A DNA stretch of 47,139 nucleotides. Origin: a virus. Lineage: Duplodnaviria > Caudoviricetes. This document shows positions 15,569-24,524 of this stretch, piece after piece. The notes under the pieces are model-generated. The model ran no database searches, was not told where the DNA came from, and saw only the letters and a program-made list of their open reading frames with translations. The position numbers were made by a program, and so were the translations under genes. Within the stretch, counting starts at the first letter, position 1. The number at the start of each line of letters is the position of its first letter. The stretch covers positions 1-47,139 of IMG/VR virus record IMGVR_UViG_3300022407_003814. The stretch is one strand, 5' to 3'.

Positions 15569-16615
15569 ATGACCTGGATTTTTGATAAAGCGTCGGTTGC
15601 CAAGGGCGGCCACACTGCGAAGCAACACGCTCACGTGGTTAACACCCGTCGCGCTGCTCGTAACGTCGACGTGCGCCTAGCACACGACGAAGGCATCCAG
15701 CTGGATGTTAACGTGGGCCGCGTGCCGCAAGATGTGTACCGCGACTTCGACAACACCACCAAACAGCTGATGACCGGTGACGAAGGCGGGGTGCTGCTGA
15801 ACGACCTGTTGCCGCTGGCACGCTCGGTCGATATCGGCAAAATCACCAGTGAGTACCGCAAGGTATCCGACTCCGGCCTGGCCCGCAGCTCGATCAGCGG
15901 CCAGCACAGCAAACCAATGGACCACGTGGCCTACGACTACGAGGGTACCCTGGTGCTGATTCACGATTCGGCGTTCGGTCGCGAGTGGCGTGAAGTGGAA
16001 GCCATGCGCTCCGAAGGTTTCGACGCTATCGCCGATGACCAAGCTGCCTCGGTACGTGCGGTTCGCCGTCAGATGTTCGACAACTTCACCAACGGTTCGC
16101 CCCTGGTGTTCAAAGGAGTCAGCTCCTACGGCATCAAGAACAACCCAGCTACCCAAGCACTGAACCTGGGCGCCGGTGGCCTCAACATCGACCTGACCTC
16201 TGCGGCTACCACTTTCGCGCAGATGCAGACCGTGCTGATCGCCGCGTTGACCGTGCTGCAAGGCCGCGCCAACAACGTCGAGCAGGACATCGACTTCTAC
16301 GTGAGCCCGGAAATCTGGTTCAACATGCTTCGCGTAGGCACGAACGACACCCGCTTCTCGACGTTCCTGGCTGGCCTCCTGGCTACCGCTGGCGTGCGCT
16401 CGATCAAGAAGACCAACGGGCTGACGGGTAACCAGTTCTACGCCCTGGCCCTGAACTCCCAGTTCATCCAGCCGGTTGTGGGGATGGCGGTTACCACCAC
16501 CCCGATCTTCCGCACCATGCCGATGAGCGATTACAATTGGCTCACTTGGTCGGCTGCGGGCCTGTTGATCAAACGTGACGGCCTGGGTCGCTCCGGCGCC
16601 CTGTTCGCATCGTAA
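15569..16615 (+). CDS. Major capsid protein (HK97 fold)
   Basis: 348 aa; synteny; biased codon usage; GREWRE, SYGIKNNP. Confidence 0.88.
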   Translation: MTWIFDKASVAKGGHTAKQHAHVVNTRRAARNVDVRLAHDEGIQLDVNVGRVPQDVYRDFDNTTKQLMTGDEGGVLLNDLLPLARSVDIGKITSEYRKVSDSGLARSSISGQHSKPMDHVAYDYEGTLVLIHDSAFGREWREVEAMRSEGFDAIADDQAASVRAVRRQMFDNFTNGSPLVFKGVSSYGIKNNPATQALNLGAGGLNIDLTSAATTFAQMQTVLIAALTVLQGRANNVEQDIDFYVSPEIWFNMLRVGTNDTRFSTFLAGLLATAGVRSIKKTNGLTGNQFYALALNSQFIQPVVGMAVTTTPIFRTMPMSDYNWLTWSAAGLLIKRDGLGRSGALFAS

Positions 16616-16627
16616 GGAACCTGAACC

Positions 16628-16906
16628 ATGGCCAAGCAATCGAAAAAGTTTGAACTGACCCACGCGGTATGGATGAACTCCGTGGAACAACTGGCGGTTG
16701 GTACCGCCGTAACGTTCCCGAACGACGAGCCAACCGGTATTTTCATCGGCCGTGTTCGCGAACTGACCAGCGGCGGGGAAGCAATCGAAGTCGCCACTCC
16801 GAAAACTCCGGGTACTGACGGCAGCGAGTTGATGCCGGCCGAAACCAGTTCGGAAGCTGAAGTCGCATCCGCACCGGTGCCCGCACCGCCTGCTGCTAAA
16901 AAGTAA
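16628..16906 (+). CDS. Hypothetical capsid-associated protein
   Basis: AAGGA SD immediately after the capsid gene; low-complexity C-terminus. Confidence 0.75.
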   Translation: MAKQSKKFELTHAVWMNSVEQLAVGTAVTFPNDEPTGIFIGRVRELTSGGEAIEVATPKTPGTDGSELMPAETSSEAEVASAPVPAPPAAKK

Positions 16907-16921
16907 CACCTGCTGCACACT

Positions 16922-16950
16922 GAGCCCGCCCGTCACACGGCGGGCTTTTT
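16922..16950 (+). terminator. Terminator after the capsid operon, convergent with an early cassette
   Basis: agcccgcc...ggcgggct followed by tttt. Confidence 0.8.
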
Positions 16951-17160
16951 GTTGCCGCCCAGCCACGAGAGTGACTTGTGAATTCCAGCACTACAGAGTT
17001 CGTCGTTATCGGAAAGGTCTAAGCACTCCAAGATGCTGCAACCTACTTCGAGGTTTAGGTAACTACGCCCCGGTACAGCCAGTACAACCTGGGCCATTTT
17101 GCAGGCGTCAAGTGCCGTTGCCAATAAAAGGAGTGCCGCTTCTTGTTCTTGAGTAATCAT
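16933..17160 (-). CDS. Small protein of the MIT-x-x-Q paralog family
   Basis: ATGA coupling; similar N-terminus to 33459-33677 and 43455-43655. Confidence 0.7.
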   Translation of the reverse strand: MITQEQEAALLLLATALDACKMAQVVLAVPGRSYLNLEVGCSILECLDLSDNDELCSAGIHKSLSWLGGNKKPAV

Positions 17161-17426
17161 GGTTTTATCTCTTCTAAAAATACGCGTCCCGAACGGTAGA
17201 TTTTCGTAAAACGACTGAGCAACCAGTTTGCCTCCATGTGCGGAAGCGGACCTAAGTTGACCTGCTCCCTGATCCCGTTGCTACGTACCCAAATCACATT
17301 GTACAAACGTACCGTCGGCGGCACCGGTCCGAGGTCCTCAATGGTCGAGAGGTCCAGGGTGCCTAATGTCGACCAGCTTTCGCCGCCGTCCATTGAAAAT
17401 TCTACTTTTACGTCTTTGCCGACCAT
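17157..17426 (-). CDS. Hypothetical moron protein (89 aa)
   Basis: GGAG SD, ATG 17426; own promoter. Confidence 0.7.
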   Translation of the reverse strand: MVGKDVKVEFSMDGGESWSTLGTLDLSTIEDLGPVPPTVRLYNVIWVRSNGIREQVNLGPLPHMEANWLLSRFTKIYRSGRVFLEEIKP

Positions 17427-17460
17427 ATCGCCTTGCTCCGTTCTTCGTTTCGATGGGTTA

Positions 17461-17489
17461 ATCCTAACAGAGTCGCCACGTGTGTCAAC
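17461..17489 (-). promoter_or_regulatory. Sigma70-like promoter with palindromic box
   Basis: TTGACA-16-TAGGAT; gttgac acacgt ggcgac; leader shared with 34059-34085. Confidence 0.7.
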
Positions 17490-17549
17490 TACTACCTTCC
17501 CGCAACCGACGCGTGGTATGCTGCCTGCATTATCGACCCAGGTGCTGAC

Positions 17550-17936
17550 ATGATCACCCTCGACCAAGCCAAGCAATATCTCGCCAGTATCGGCGTGTCG
17601 ATCCCGGATTTTGTTCTACAGCTGATCCTAGATCGGTTCGCTCTTGCGATGCCGTGCCTGGAAGAACATTACGACCCGGCCACCATCTCGCTGATCCTGC
17701 TCTACCTGATTGGTACGTTCGGCGTGGTGCAAGGTGACCGCCTGGTGACCAGTCAAACAGCCCCGTCCGGTGCCTCACAGTCCTACCGGTTCGGGACAGT
17801 CACAGAACGTTACCGCGGGCAGACCGGGCCGCTTGCCGGGCTCGACACCTTTGGCTGCGTCGACGGGCTGATTCCTCCGCTACCTGGTCCGAACGCCGGC
17901 ATGTGGCTCGGCCGCGGGGGGTGCGAATGTCCCTAA
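17550..17936 (+). CDS. Head-tail adaptor protein
   Basis: AGGTG SD; SQTAPSGASQSY motif; synteny. Confidence 0.78.
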   Translation: MITLDQAKQYLASIGVSIPDFVLQLILDRFALAMPCLEEHYDPATISLILLYLIGTFGVVQGDRLVTSQTAPSGASQSYRFGTVTERYRGQTGPLAGLDTFGCVDGLIPPLPGPNAGMWLGRGGCECP

Positions 17937-18253
17937 TTGCGCGCTGGTCCTACAAGAACACCGCGACGATCCGGCCATACGTCGAGGAGGACCTTGAGAG
18001 CGGCGGCACGACTTACGGCCCCGAGTACACGATCCTGTGTACCTGGGCGGCTGAGTCGAAACAGATGCGCGATGCCAACGGCGCCGAGTTCGTCAGCAAT
18101 TACATTATCTGGTCTGAAGACGCCCGGCCCAAGTACCGCGACCTGATCCTGTTGAACACTGATGCCCTCACCGACTGGCAGGAGATTCGCAGCCATATGG
18201 AATGGGATATGTTGATGTTCGACGACGTGCCCGATTACCGGACGGTGACTTGA
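17927..18253 (+). CDS. Head closure / head-tail joining protein
   Basis: WSY..TATI...GAEFVS; synteny. Confidence 0.75.
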   Translation: MSLIARWSYKNTATIRPYVEEDLESGGTTYGPEYTILCTWAAESKQMRDANGAEFVSNYIIWSEDARPKYRDLILLNTDALTDWQEIRSHMEWDMLMFDDVPDYRTVT

Positions 18254-18254
18254 A

Positions 18255-18650
18255 ATGCCATTGAAAGGTGTGAAGCAGGCGAAAGCCGCGACCAAAGCAC
18301 TCGTGGGGCGCATCTCCGGGGAGCTGACCGAGCGCACTGTGACGGAAATTCTGATCATTGGCGGAGGCTACGCTGCAACGTTGACCCCGGTGGATACGTC
18401 CTTGCTGATCAACAGCCAATACCGCCAGGTAACTCACGTGTTCGGCGCCACGTTCGGCCGCCTGGGCTACACCGCAGCGTACGCGGCTGCGGTTAACGCC
18501 GCCTCCGGCAAGCTCAAGGGTAAGCCGAGACCCGATAACCGCGGTACGTACTGGGCGCCTGGCGGGGAGCCTGACTTCCTGCGTAAGGGTTTCGAGGTGG
18601 ACGGCAAAGACGATATTGCAGCCGCAATCAAGCGAGGCATGGCCCTGTGA
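18255..18650 (+). CDS. HK97 gp10-like neck/tail completion protein
   Basis: TPVDTSLLINS, GYTAAYAAAV, PDFLRKGFE. Confidence 0.82.
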   Translation: MPLKGVKQAKAATKALVGRISGELTERTVTEILIIGGGYAATLTPVDTSLLINSQYRQVTHVFGATFGRLGYTAAYAAAVNAASGKLKGKPRPDNRGTYWAPGGEPDFLRKGFEVDGKDDIAAAIKRGMAL

Positions 18651-19042
18651 GCAACCCCTACGACGATTTCGTCACCTGGTTCAACGAGACGCCCGGCGCG
18701 TCGGCGTACACGCGCGCCCGTGGCTCCTGGGTCGACAGCCCGACCAATGACGCCAAGCGTTTTGCGGTATTCGAGTTCAAGGGCGGCCCAAAGCCGGACG
18801 TGGATCGGTTCAGCGCTGCGATTGATGTGCTGCTGCTGGGCAAGAAGGGCGAGCGTAACGTGGCCGGGGCGCTACCTGACCTTGAGGAATTCGCGTATAG
18901 TTTAGTTCGCCGCAGCTTGACAAATTCATGCAGTGGCGGCATCACGTCGATTCGGGCGCAGGCAATGCCGACCGGACCTGGGTACACCACCGAGGACCGA
19001 CCCTGGTACATACTGTCGTTCCTGTTGATGGGTTGCGAATAG
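18647..19042 (+). CDS. Tail terminator protein
   Basis: Precedes the tail tube gene; GPGYTTEDRPWY. Confidence 0.75.
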   Translation: MSNPYDDFVTWFNETPGASAYTRARGSWVDSPTNDAKRFAVFEFKGGPKPDVDRFSAAIDVLLLGKKGERNVAGALPDLEEFAYSLVRRSLTNSCSGGITSIRAQAMPTGPGYTTEDRPWYILSFLLMGCE

Positions 19043-19078
19043 CCCTCTTGGGCAAACTTTTAACTTGAGGGTATTAAC

Positions 19079-19564
19079 ATGGCAGGTTGCGAATCTTCGG
19101 CCTTTGTGGGCCGCGAAACATCGCTCGAATTCTCCATTGGTTGCGGTGACGCGCTGCCGCAGGAAGCGGATTGGAAGTTCATCGGCGCATTGCGCAGTAA
19201 CTCCCTGAGCACCGAGTACGACACCGTCGACGCGACCGCTGACGACTCGATCAATAGCATCCGCGAGATGCTGGCGACGTACAAAACCGTCACCATCAGC
19301 ACCGACGGCGTAGCGCGACGCGCCGACACGGCCACTGTGCACCAGACCGAGCTGTTGCTGCACTACCTGAATCCGACGGCCACCAACGGCCAGCCGGTTG
19401 TATGGCTGCGTCGTACCGATCCGCGCATCACCGTGGTCGGCTACTTCCTGCTGTCGACCTACGACCTGGAAGCCCCTTACGACGAAATCAGCACATTCAG
19501 CATCGAAGCGTCGTCCACCGCATCGGACTTCGGTCTGATCGTCACTCCGACCCCAGTGGTGTAA
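19079..19564 (+). CDS. Major tail tube protein
   Basis: GAGG SD; FVGRE, DTVDATADDS, EAPYDEISTFSIE. Confidence 0.85.
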   Translation: MAGCESSAFVGRETSLEFSIGCGDALPQEADWKFIGALRSNSLSTEYDTVDATADDSINSIREMLATYKTVTISTDGVARRADTATVHQTELLLHYLNPTATNGQPVVWLRRTDPRITVVGYFLLSTYDLEAPYDEISTFSIEASSTASDFGLIVTPTPVV

Positions 19565-19567
19565 ATC

Positions 19568-19921
19568 ATGGCCGTTATCAAAACCATCGCTCCGTTTGCA
19601 ACCAATGGTAAGTTCGCTGTGGCGCCTACCGCTCTCACCGGTGCCGACACCCTGGTGTACAGCTCCGGCAAACTGCAGACCCTGTACCTATACAACACCA
19701 CCGGCGCCAGCGTTACCGTGGTGATTGACGGCGACGCCGGCACCACGGTTGCCCCACCAGGTCAAGGTGGCACTATTGACGTGAGCGGCGGTTACTCGAT
19801 CGCCATTCCGGCCGGTACCGTGCAAGCCGTGGCGCTGTCGAGTATCCGCAACTTCCTGCAAGGCACCGTCAACGTTACCGGCGGTGTTGCGGGCGTGACT
19901 GCGTGGATTCAAGAGGGCTAG
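19568..19921 (+). CDS. Tail-associated beta-sandwich protein
   Basis: Thr/Gly/Val-rich; directly follows the tail tube gene. Confidence 0.72.
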   Translation: MAVIKTIAPFATNGKFAVAPTALTGADTLVYSSGKLQTLYLYNTTGASVTVVIDGDAGTTVAPPGQGGTIDVSGGYSIAIPAGTVQAVALSSIRNFLQGTVNVTGGVAGVTAWIQEG

Positions 19922-19946
19922 TAGGCCCGTGAGGCACTGAGTCACT

Positions 19947-19981
19947 GGCCCGCTCTGTCGTCAGACACGGCGGGCTTTTTT
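19947..19981 (+). terminator. Terminator after the tail tube operon, convergent with an early gene
   Basis: gcccgc...gcgggc followed by tttttt. Confidence 0.75.
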
Positions 19982-20199
19982 CATGCCAGCCAGTGGCGTT
20001 CCATAGCATTAAGCATACGCTCCAGCGCTACTGCTTTGCCGCATTGCGCGTACACCGCCTGCACGCCATCCAATTGGAAACCCGGGGCGTATAACACGCG
20101 ATAAGCACCGCCTAAGTCTTCGAAGCGGGCGCACATGCAGTGCTGCTGGACTTTGAGCAATAGCTCTGCGACTTTTTCTGCATTCTCGCGTACGCCCAT
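19981..20199 (-). CDS. Hypothetical moron protein (72 aa)
   Basis: Own promoter; GGGGTG SD before ATG 20199. Confidence 0.65.
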   Translation of the reverse strand: MGVRENAEKVAELLLKVQQHCMCARFEDLGGAYRVLYAPGFQLDGVQAVYAQCGKAVALERMLNAMERHWLA

Positions 20200-20232
20200 G
20201 TCACACCCCGCCAATTCGTTTAAGATGTCGTC

Positions 20233-20262
20233 AGTGTCTACCTAGTTGTCAGGAGTGTCAAC
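20233..20262 (-). promoter_or_regulatory. Sigma70-like promoter with palindromic box
   Basis: TTGACA-17-GACACT; gttgac actcct gacaac; overlaps the AGGAG SD of the tail chaperone on the other strand. Confidence 0.72.
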
Positions 20263-20265
20263 CCC

Positions 20266-20904
20266 ATGCAAGTTTTAACCGACATCGGCGAGATGGGCGT
20301 ACAGGTGGGCGAGCGCTACGTGAAGTTCCGCCCGTCGCTGGCGGCCATGGCGCGCCTGGGGACGCCAAAGGAGATTGTCGAGACCTTCGTCACGGTGTGC
20401 GGCGCGCCGCCCCTGAGCGGCAACCAGGTGCTGGACGAGCCCCGCGTGAAGTCCTGGCGCCGCGACCAGTTCGGCTGCGCAGTCAACGTCCTGTACGCGT
20501 GCACCGACGAGGCGATAGACTGGCTGGTAGGCTATGTCAACGAGCGTTACCGGTACGTGCGCGGCGCCCTGCCGTTGGCCGACATCGTGGGCCTGGCCGC
20601 CGGCCTGCTGAAACACGGCGTACTGGGCGACATCCCGCCCGAGGCAACACGCGGCGCCAAGAAAGAGGACTACCTCAGCGAGTTCAAGGCGCGGGACTTT
20701 GCAGCCGCTGCTATGGCACACTTGGGGGCAACTGAGGCCCAGGCGTGGGACATGACCATGACGTCGTACATTATTGCCATGCGCGCTAAATTCCCGCCCG
20801 CTAAAGATGCCAAAAAAGTCCCCACTGACGACGAATATTCCCACGTGAAAGGCTGGCTCGCACGGGTCAACAAAGCACGTTTAGAGGCTGCAAACCATGG
20901 CTGA
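20266..20904 (+). CDS. Tail assembly chaperone (DUF6246-like)
   Basis: FRPSLAAMARLGTPKEIV, AHLG..EAQAWDMTMT; precedes the tape measure gene. Confidence 0.8.
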   Translation: MQVLTDIGEMGVQVGERYVKFRPSLAAMARLGTPKEIVETFVTVCGAPPLSGNQVLDEPRVKSWRRDQFGCAVNVLYACTDEAIDWLVGYVNERYRYVRGALPLADIVGLAAGLLKHGVLGDIPPEATRGAKKEDYLSEFKARDFAAAAMAHLGATEAQAWDMTMTSYIIAMRAKFPPAKDAKKVPTDDEYSHVKGWLARVNKARLEAANHG

Positions 20905-23650
20905 AGAAGTCGGCGCGATCTACTACGATGTGGACTTCGACACGTCCAAGTTGACCACTGGCGCGAACAAGGTCAACGCCGCGTTGGACTCTGCGCAGAA
21001 AGGCGCGGATCGTACTGATGCGGCGTTTAATCGCATCGGTAAGTCCATGTCGAGCGCTGCAAAGGCCACGGACGACGAGACGGCCTCCCTGCGCAAGCTA
21101 CTGGGGCAAATCGACCCGACTATCGCCAGTACACAACGACTTGACTCTCTCACGAAACAACTGGGCCAAGCGTTTGACAGGGGTCACCTGAGCGCGGCGG
21201 ACTACGAGGCCAATCTCAAGAAACTGGATGCGCAGTACGCGAAGCTCGACGGTAGCACGAAGCAGGCTACGGTAAATGCCGGAGGCTTCGGGGCAAAATT
21301 GGCACCTTTAGCCGCGGCCGTCGCCGGCGTTATCACTGTGCAGACTTTGGCACAGTGGGGCAAGATGGCGGAACAGTTCTCGTTGTTCCAGGCGCGCATT
21401 ACTCGCTTGAGTCCCGATGTAGATACGGCAGCGGCCAGTTACAACTCATTGCTGCGCATCGCGTCGACTACGGGCTCAACGATGCAGAACACCGTGAAAC
21501 TGTGGGAATCCCTGACAGGCACCCTCAAGTCCTTAGGCGCCACGAACAGTCAGGTTCTGACGCTCACTTCAACTCTGCAAAAGATCGGCACCATAGGTGG
21601 CTCCAGCGCCGAAGAAACAGCCAACGCGATGCGACAACTTAGTCAGGGACTGGCTGGCGGGACCCTCCGTGCGGAAGAATTCAACAGCGTCGTCGAAAAT
21701 ACGCCCGAGCTGGCGCGGCAGATGGCCAAGGGTTTCAATATGTCCATGGGTCAGCTCCGACAGGCGATGCTTGACGGGAAAATCACGGCACAGGCCCTGT
21801 TTGATGTTTTGATGGGCCGGACGCAAGACGTCAACGCTGAATTCGAAAAACTTCCGCGCACCGTTTCCCAGGCAGCCAATGCGATCACCACGCAATTCGG
21901 TGCGGCGCTCAGCGTGATTGACAAGGCTACCGGAGCTTCCCGCACACTGGCAGCCGCCCTTGACGCTGTGGCAAAAGGCGTACAGCAGTCATTTAACCCG
22001 ACCGAGCAAGAGCAGCTTAACCAGTTGATCAGGGACCGTACAACCGCCGAGCAGCAGTACGCAGTGCAAGTAAAGGCCGGCCTGACAAATACTGCAGATG
22101 CGACCAGTCAACGCATCGATATGATCAACAACGAAATCCGAGCCATTCAAGACCGTCGGGTTGCGCAGCAGAAAGAGGAATCTAAAGCCTCCGGGCCTAA
22201 GGCCGCACCCGAGACCACTACCGATGGCCAGAAGGCATTGGCCCAATTGGCCGAACAAAACGTGCTGCTGCGCGCACAAGGTGTTGAGCGGGCCAAACTT
22301 GCGGCCATTCAGAAGCTGGGCGCATCCGCCACGGACGCTGAGCGTAAAGCAGCAGTGGCCCTGGCTGTAGAAAACTACAACTTGGCCGAAGCGGAAAAAG
22401 CCACGAAAAAAGCCAAGGCCTCCGGGGAATCGGAAGCGACCAAGGCCGCCAATGCGGCCGCAGCTGCCGCGCGCAAGGCCGCGAACGAAGAAAAAACCGG
22501 AATCGAGCAAAACCAGAAAGCGTTTACGCAGCTCGGTGCGCAGATTTCCAAGGTAGGCCAGACCGCGCGAGAGGCCGCGCAGGACGCGGCGCAGCTCAGC
22601 TTGAACAAGTACGCCACCCCGGAGCAGATTCAAACTGTGCGGGACATGGCGGGGGCTCTGTACGACCTGAAAACCGGCAAAGACCTGCTGGCCAAGGTCG
22701 ACCCGATCGCAGGTGAGCAACAGAACTACGAGCTGCAGCTTCAGCAGCTCCAAGCGCTCAATGACCAGAAGCTGCTTAGCGACCAGCGGTATCTGGGGCT
22801 GAAGGGCCAGGCCGAAACGGCCCACCTGGAACAAATGCGCGTACTTCAGGAGGAAAACTTCAAGGCTGCGGCACTGGGTAACCAGATCCTCATGAGCAGC
22901 ATTGACGCCCTGGGCCAGGCGGCCACGCAGTCGCTGAGCGGGCTTCTCAGCGGCACTACGTCGCTCAAGGACGCCATGGGCGGCATCGCGAATACCGTGT
23001 TCAACAGCGTAATTGGCGCGTTCGTGCAGATGGGCGTGAACTGGGTCAAGCAGCAAGTTATGATGGCCGCCGCCGCGCAGACGACTACCGCGACCCAGGT
23101 CGCAGGTACGGCAGCCGTAACGACAGCCCAAGTCGGCGCTACCGCCACCATTGCAGCAACGACCACTACGGCGGCGGCTACTACGGGTACGGCGGTTGCG
23201 GCGTCCATGGCCCCGGCCGCCGGCCTATCGTCGATCGCTTCGTTCGGCGGTGCTGCAGTAATCGGCGGCGCGGCGTTGTTGGCTACGATGCTGCTGGCGA
23301 AGTCGTTCGGTGGTGGTCGGCAGTACGGCGGTGGTGTCGCGGCGAACAAAATGTACCGAGTGAACGAAGGCGGTGCACCTGAGATTTTCAACGCTGCCGG
23401 CGGCAAACAATACATGATGCCCAACACCCGTGGCGAAGTGGTCAGCAACGGCGATGCCACAACTGGTAGCGGGGGCGGCGGTACCGAAGTGAATATCCAC
23501 AACTACACGGGTGCCAACGCCAGCGTGAGCCGGTCGCAGGGCGCCAACGGTCGAGAGATTGTTGACGTGATCCTGCAGGACCTGAACTCGAATGGACCTA
23601 TTAGCAAGATGACCAACCAAATTACAGGGACGAAGAGGCAAGGCACATGA
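20897..23650 (+). CDS. Tape measure protein
   Basis: 917 aa, Ala-rich; QLSQGLAGGTLRAEEFNSVVEN; C-terminal RQYGGGV..YRVNEGGAPE. Confidence 0.95.
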   Translation: MAEEVGAIYYDVDFDTSKLTTGANKVNAALDSAQKGADRTDAAFNRIGKSMSSAAKATDDETASLRKLLGQIDPTIASTQRLDSLTKQLGQAFDRGHLSAADYEANLKKLDAQYAKLDGSTKQATVNAGGFGAKLAPLAAAVAGVITVQTLAQWGKMAEQFSLFQARITRLSPDVDTAAASYNSLLRIASTTGSTMQNTVKLWESLTGTLKSLGATNSQVLTLTSTLQKIGTIGGSSAEETANAMRQLSQGLAGGTLRAEEFNSVVENTPELARQMAKGFNMSMGQLRQAMLDGKITAQALFDVLMGRTQDVNAEFEKLPRTVSQAANAITTQFGAALSVIDKATGASRTLAAALDAVAKGVQQSFNPTEQEQLNQLIRDRTTAEQQYAVQVKAGLTNTADATSQRIDMINNEIRAIQDRRVAQQKEESKASGPKAAPETTTDGQKALAQLAEQNVLLRAQGVERAKLAAIQKLGASATDAERKAAVALAVENYNLAEAEKATKKAKASGESEATKAANAAAAAARKAANEEKTGIEQNQKAFTQLGAQISKVGQTAREAAQDAAQLSLNKYATPEQIQTVRDMAGALYDLKTGKDLLAKVDPIAGEQQNYELQLQQLQALNDQKLLSDQRYLGLKGQAETAHLEQMRVLQEENFKAAALGNQILMSSIDALGQAATQSLSGLLSGTTSLKDAMGGIANTVFNSVIGAFVQMGVNWVKQQVMMAAAAQTTTATQVAGTAAVTTAQVGATATIAATTTTAAATTGTAVAASMAPAAGLSSIASFGGAAVIGGAALLATMLLAKSFGGGRQYGGGVAANKMYRVNEGGAPEIFNAAGGKQYMMPNTRGEVVSNGDATTGSGGGGTEVNIHNYTGANASVSRSQGANGREIVDVILQDLNSNGPISKMTNQITGTKRQGT

Positions 23651-24135
23651 GTACGATTATCGAACAGGTTTACGCGTCTGCCGGAGAGCGAGTGATCATC
23701 GATACGCTTGAGCTGACTTGCGGCGCCTGGGACGAACCCGTCTTTATCGTCATGGGCTACGAGGACGTCACGGCTGGCACGGAAGATGGCCGCACTGTGA
23801 CGTTCACTGCCGCGCCAATGTCCATCGAACTGCCCAAGAAAACGAACGCGCCGAACCAGACCCTGCGGTTCGCTATCGACAACGTTACCGGGCAGGCACA
23901 ACGTCTGATCGACCAAGCTATCGAATCGGAGCAGCGTATTACGCTCTGCTTTCGGCGCTACCTGGATTCGGACCTTACGCTGCCTGCGGAACCCCCTTTC
24001 TTCGCAACTGTGCTGTCCGGAGGGTGCACCGGTACGACAGTGCAACTGGACGCAGGTTTCTATGATTTGTTGAACTACGCATGGCCCCGTGATACCTATA
24101 CGGCTACCTTTGCGCCGGGATTGAAATACCTATGA
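23647..24135 (+). CDS. Minor tail protein (DUF1833, gpL-like)
   Basis: LRFAIDNVTG, RRYLDSDL..P, FAPGLKYL. Confidence 0.85.
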   Translation: MSTIIEQVYASAGERVIIDTLELTCGAWDEPVFIVMGYEDVTAGTEDGRTVTFTAAPMSIELPKKTNAPNQTLRFAIDNVTGQAQRLIDQAIESEQRITLCFRRYLDSDLTLPAEPPFFATVLSGGCTGTTVQLDAGFYDLLNYAWPRDTYTATFAPGLKYL

Positions 24136-24524
24136 TTTGGATGAACCTTTATTTATCGGCGCGGTATAAAGACGGGGCACGCGGCCCGTCGGAGTACGAT
24201 TGCTGGGGCCTGGTGCGGGAGGCCCGCCACGTTCACATGGGGAAGAACCTGCTTCCCTCCTGGGGCGATGTACGCAATACCCAACCGAAAGAGTTCACGC
24301 GTGCGTACCGCTATGAAGCGGACAGCCTGGAACTCTGCGCGCCCGAGCCCGGTGCTATTGCGGCAGTAATGCGGGGACCGCTTTGCATCCACGTCGCCCT
24401 TGTGGTGGCCGCGGAGGATGGTTTAAACGTCCTGGACATCAACCCGGCCAAGGGCGCACGCTTGCAACGCCTGGCGGACTTCGAAAGTCAATATTTCCAG
24501 GTGGTGTACTACCGTGACCGTTAA
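24132..24524 (+). CDS. NlpC/P60 tail assembly protein (gpK-like)
   Basis: GARGPSEYDCWGLV...HVALV. Confidence 0.87.
   Translation: MIWMNLYLSARYKDGARGPSEYDCWGLVREARHVHMGKNLLPSWGDVRNTQPKEFTRAYRYEADSLELCAPEPGAIAAVMRGPLCIHVALVVAAEDGLNVLDINPAKGARLQRLADFESQYFQVVYYRDR

Noticed and set aside
19562-19570. Stop read-through fusing the tail tube to the next in-frame gene (TAA ATC ATG)
   Set aside because: UAA is an efficient stop, and the downstream gene has its own ATG with a GGTG SD-like sequence; being in frame may be chance.
20805-20820. Programmed -1 frameshift in the tail assembly chaperone
   Set aside because: The A6G run is not in the X XXY YYZ frame, and the single ORF already overlaps the tape measure start.
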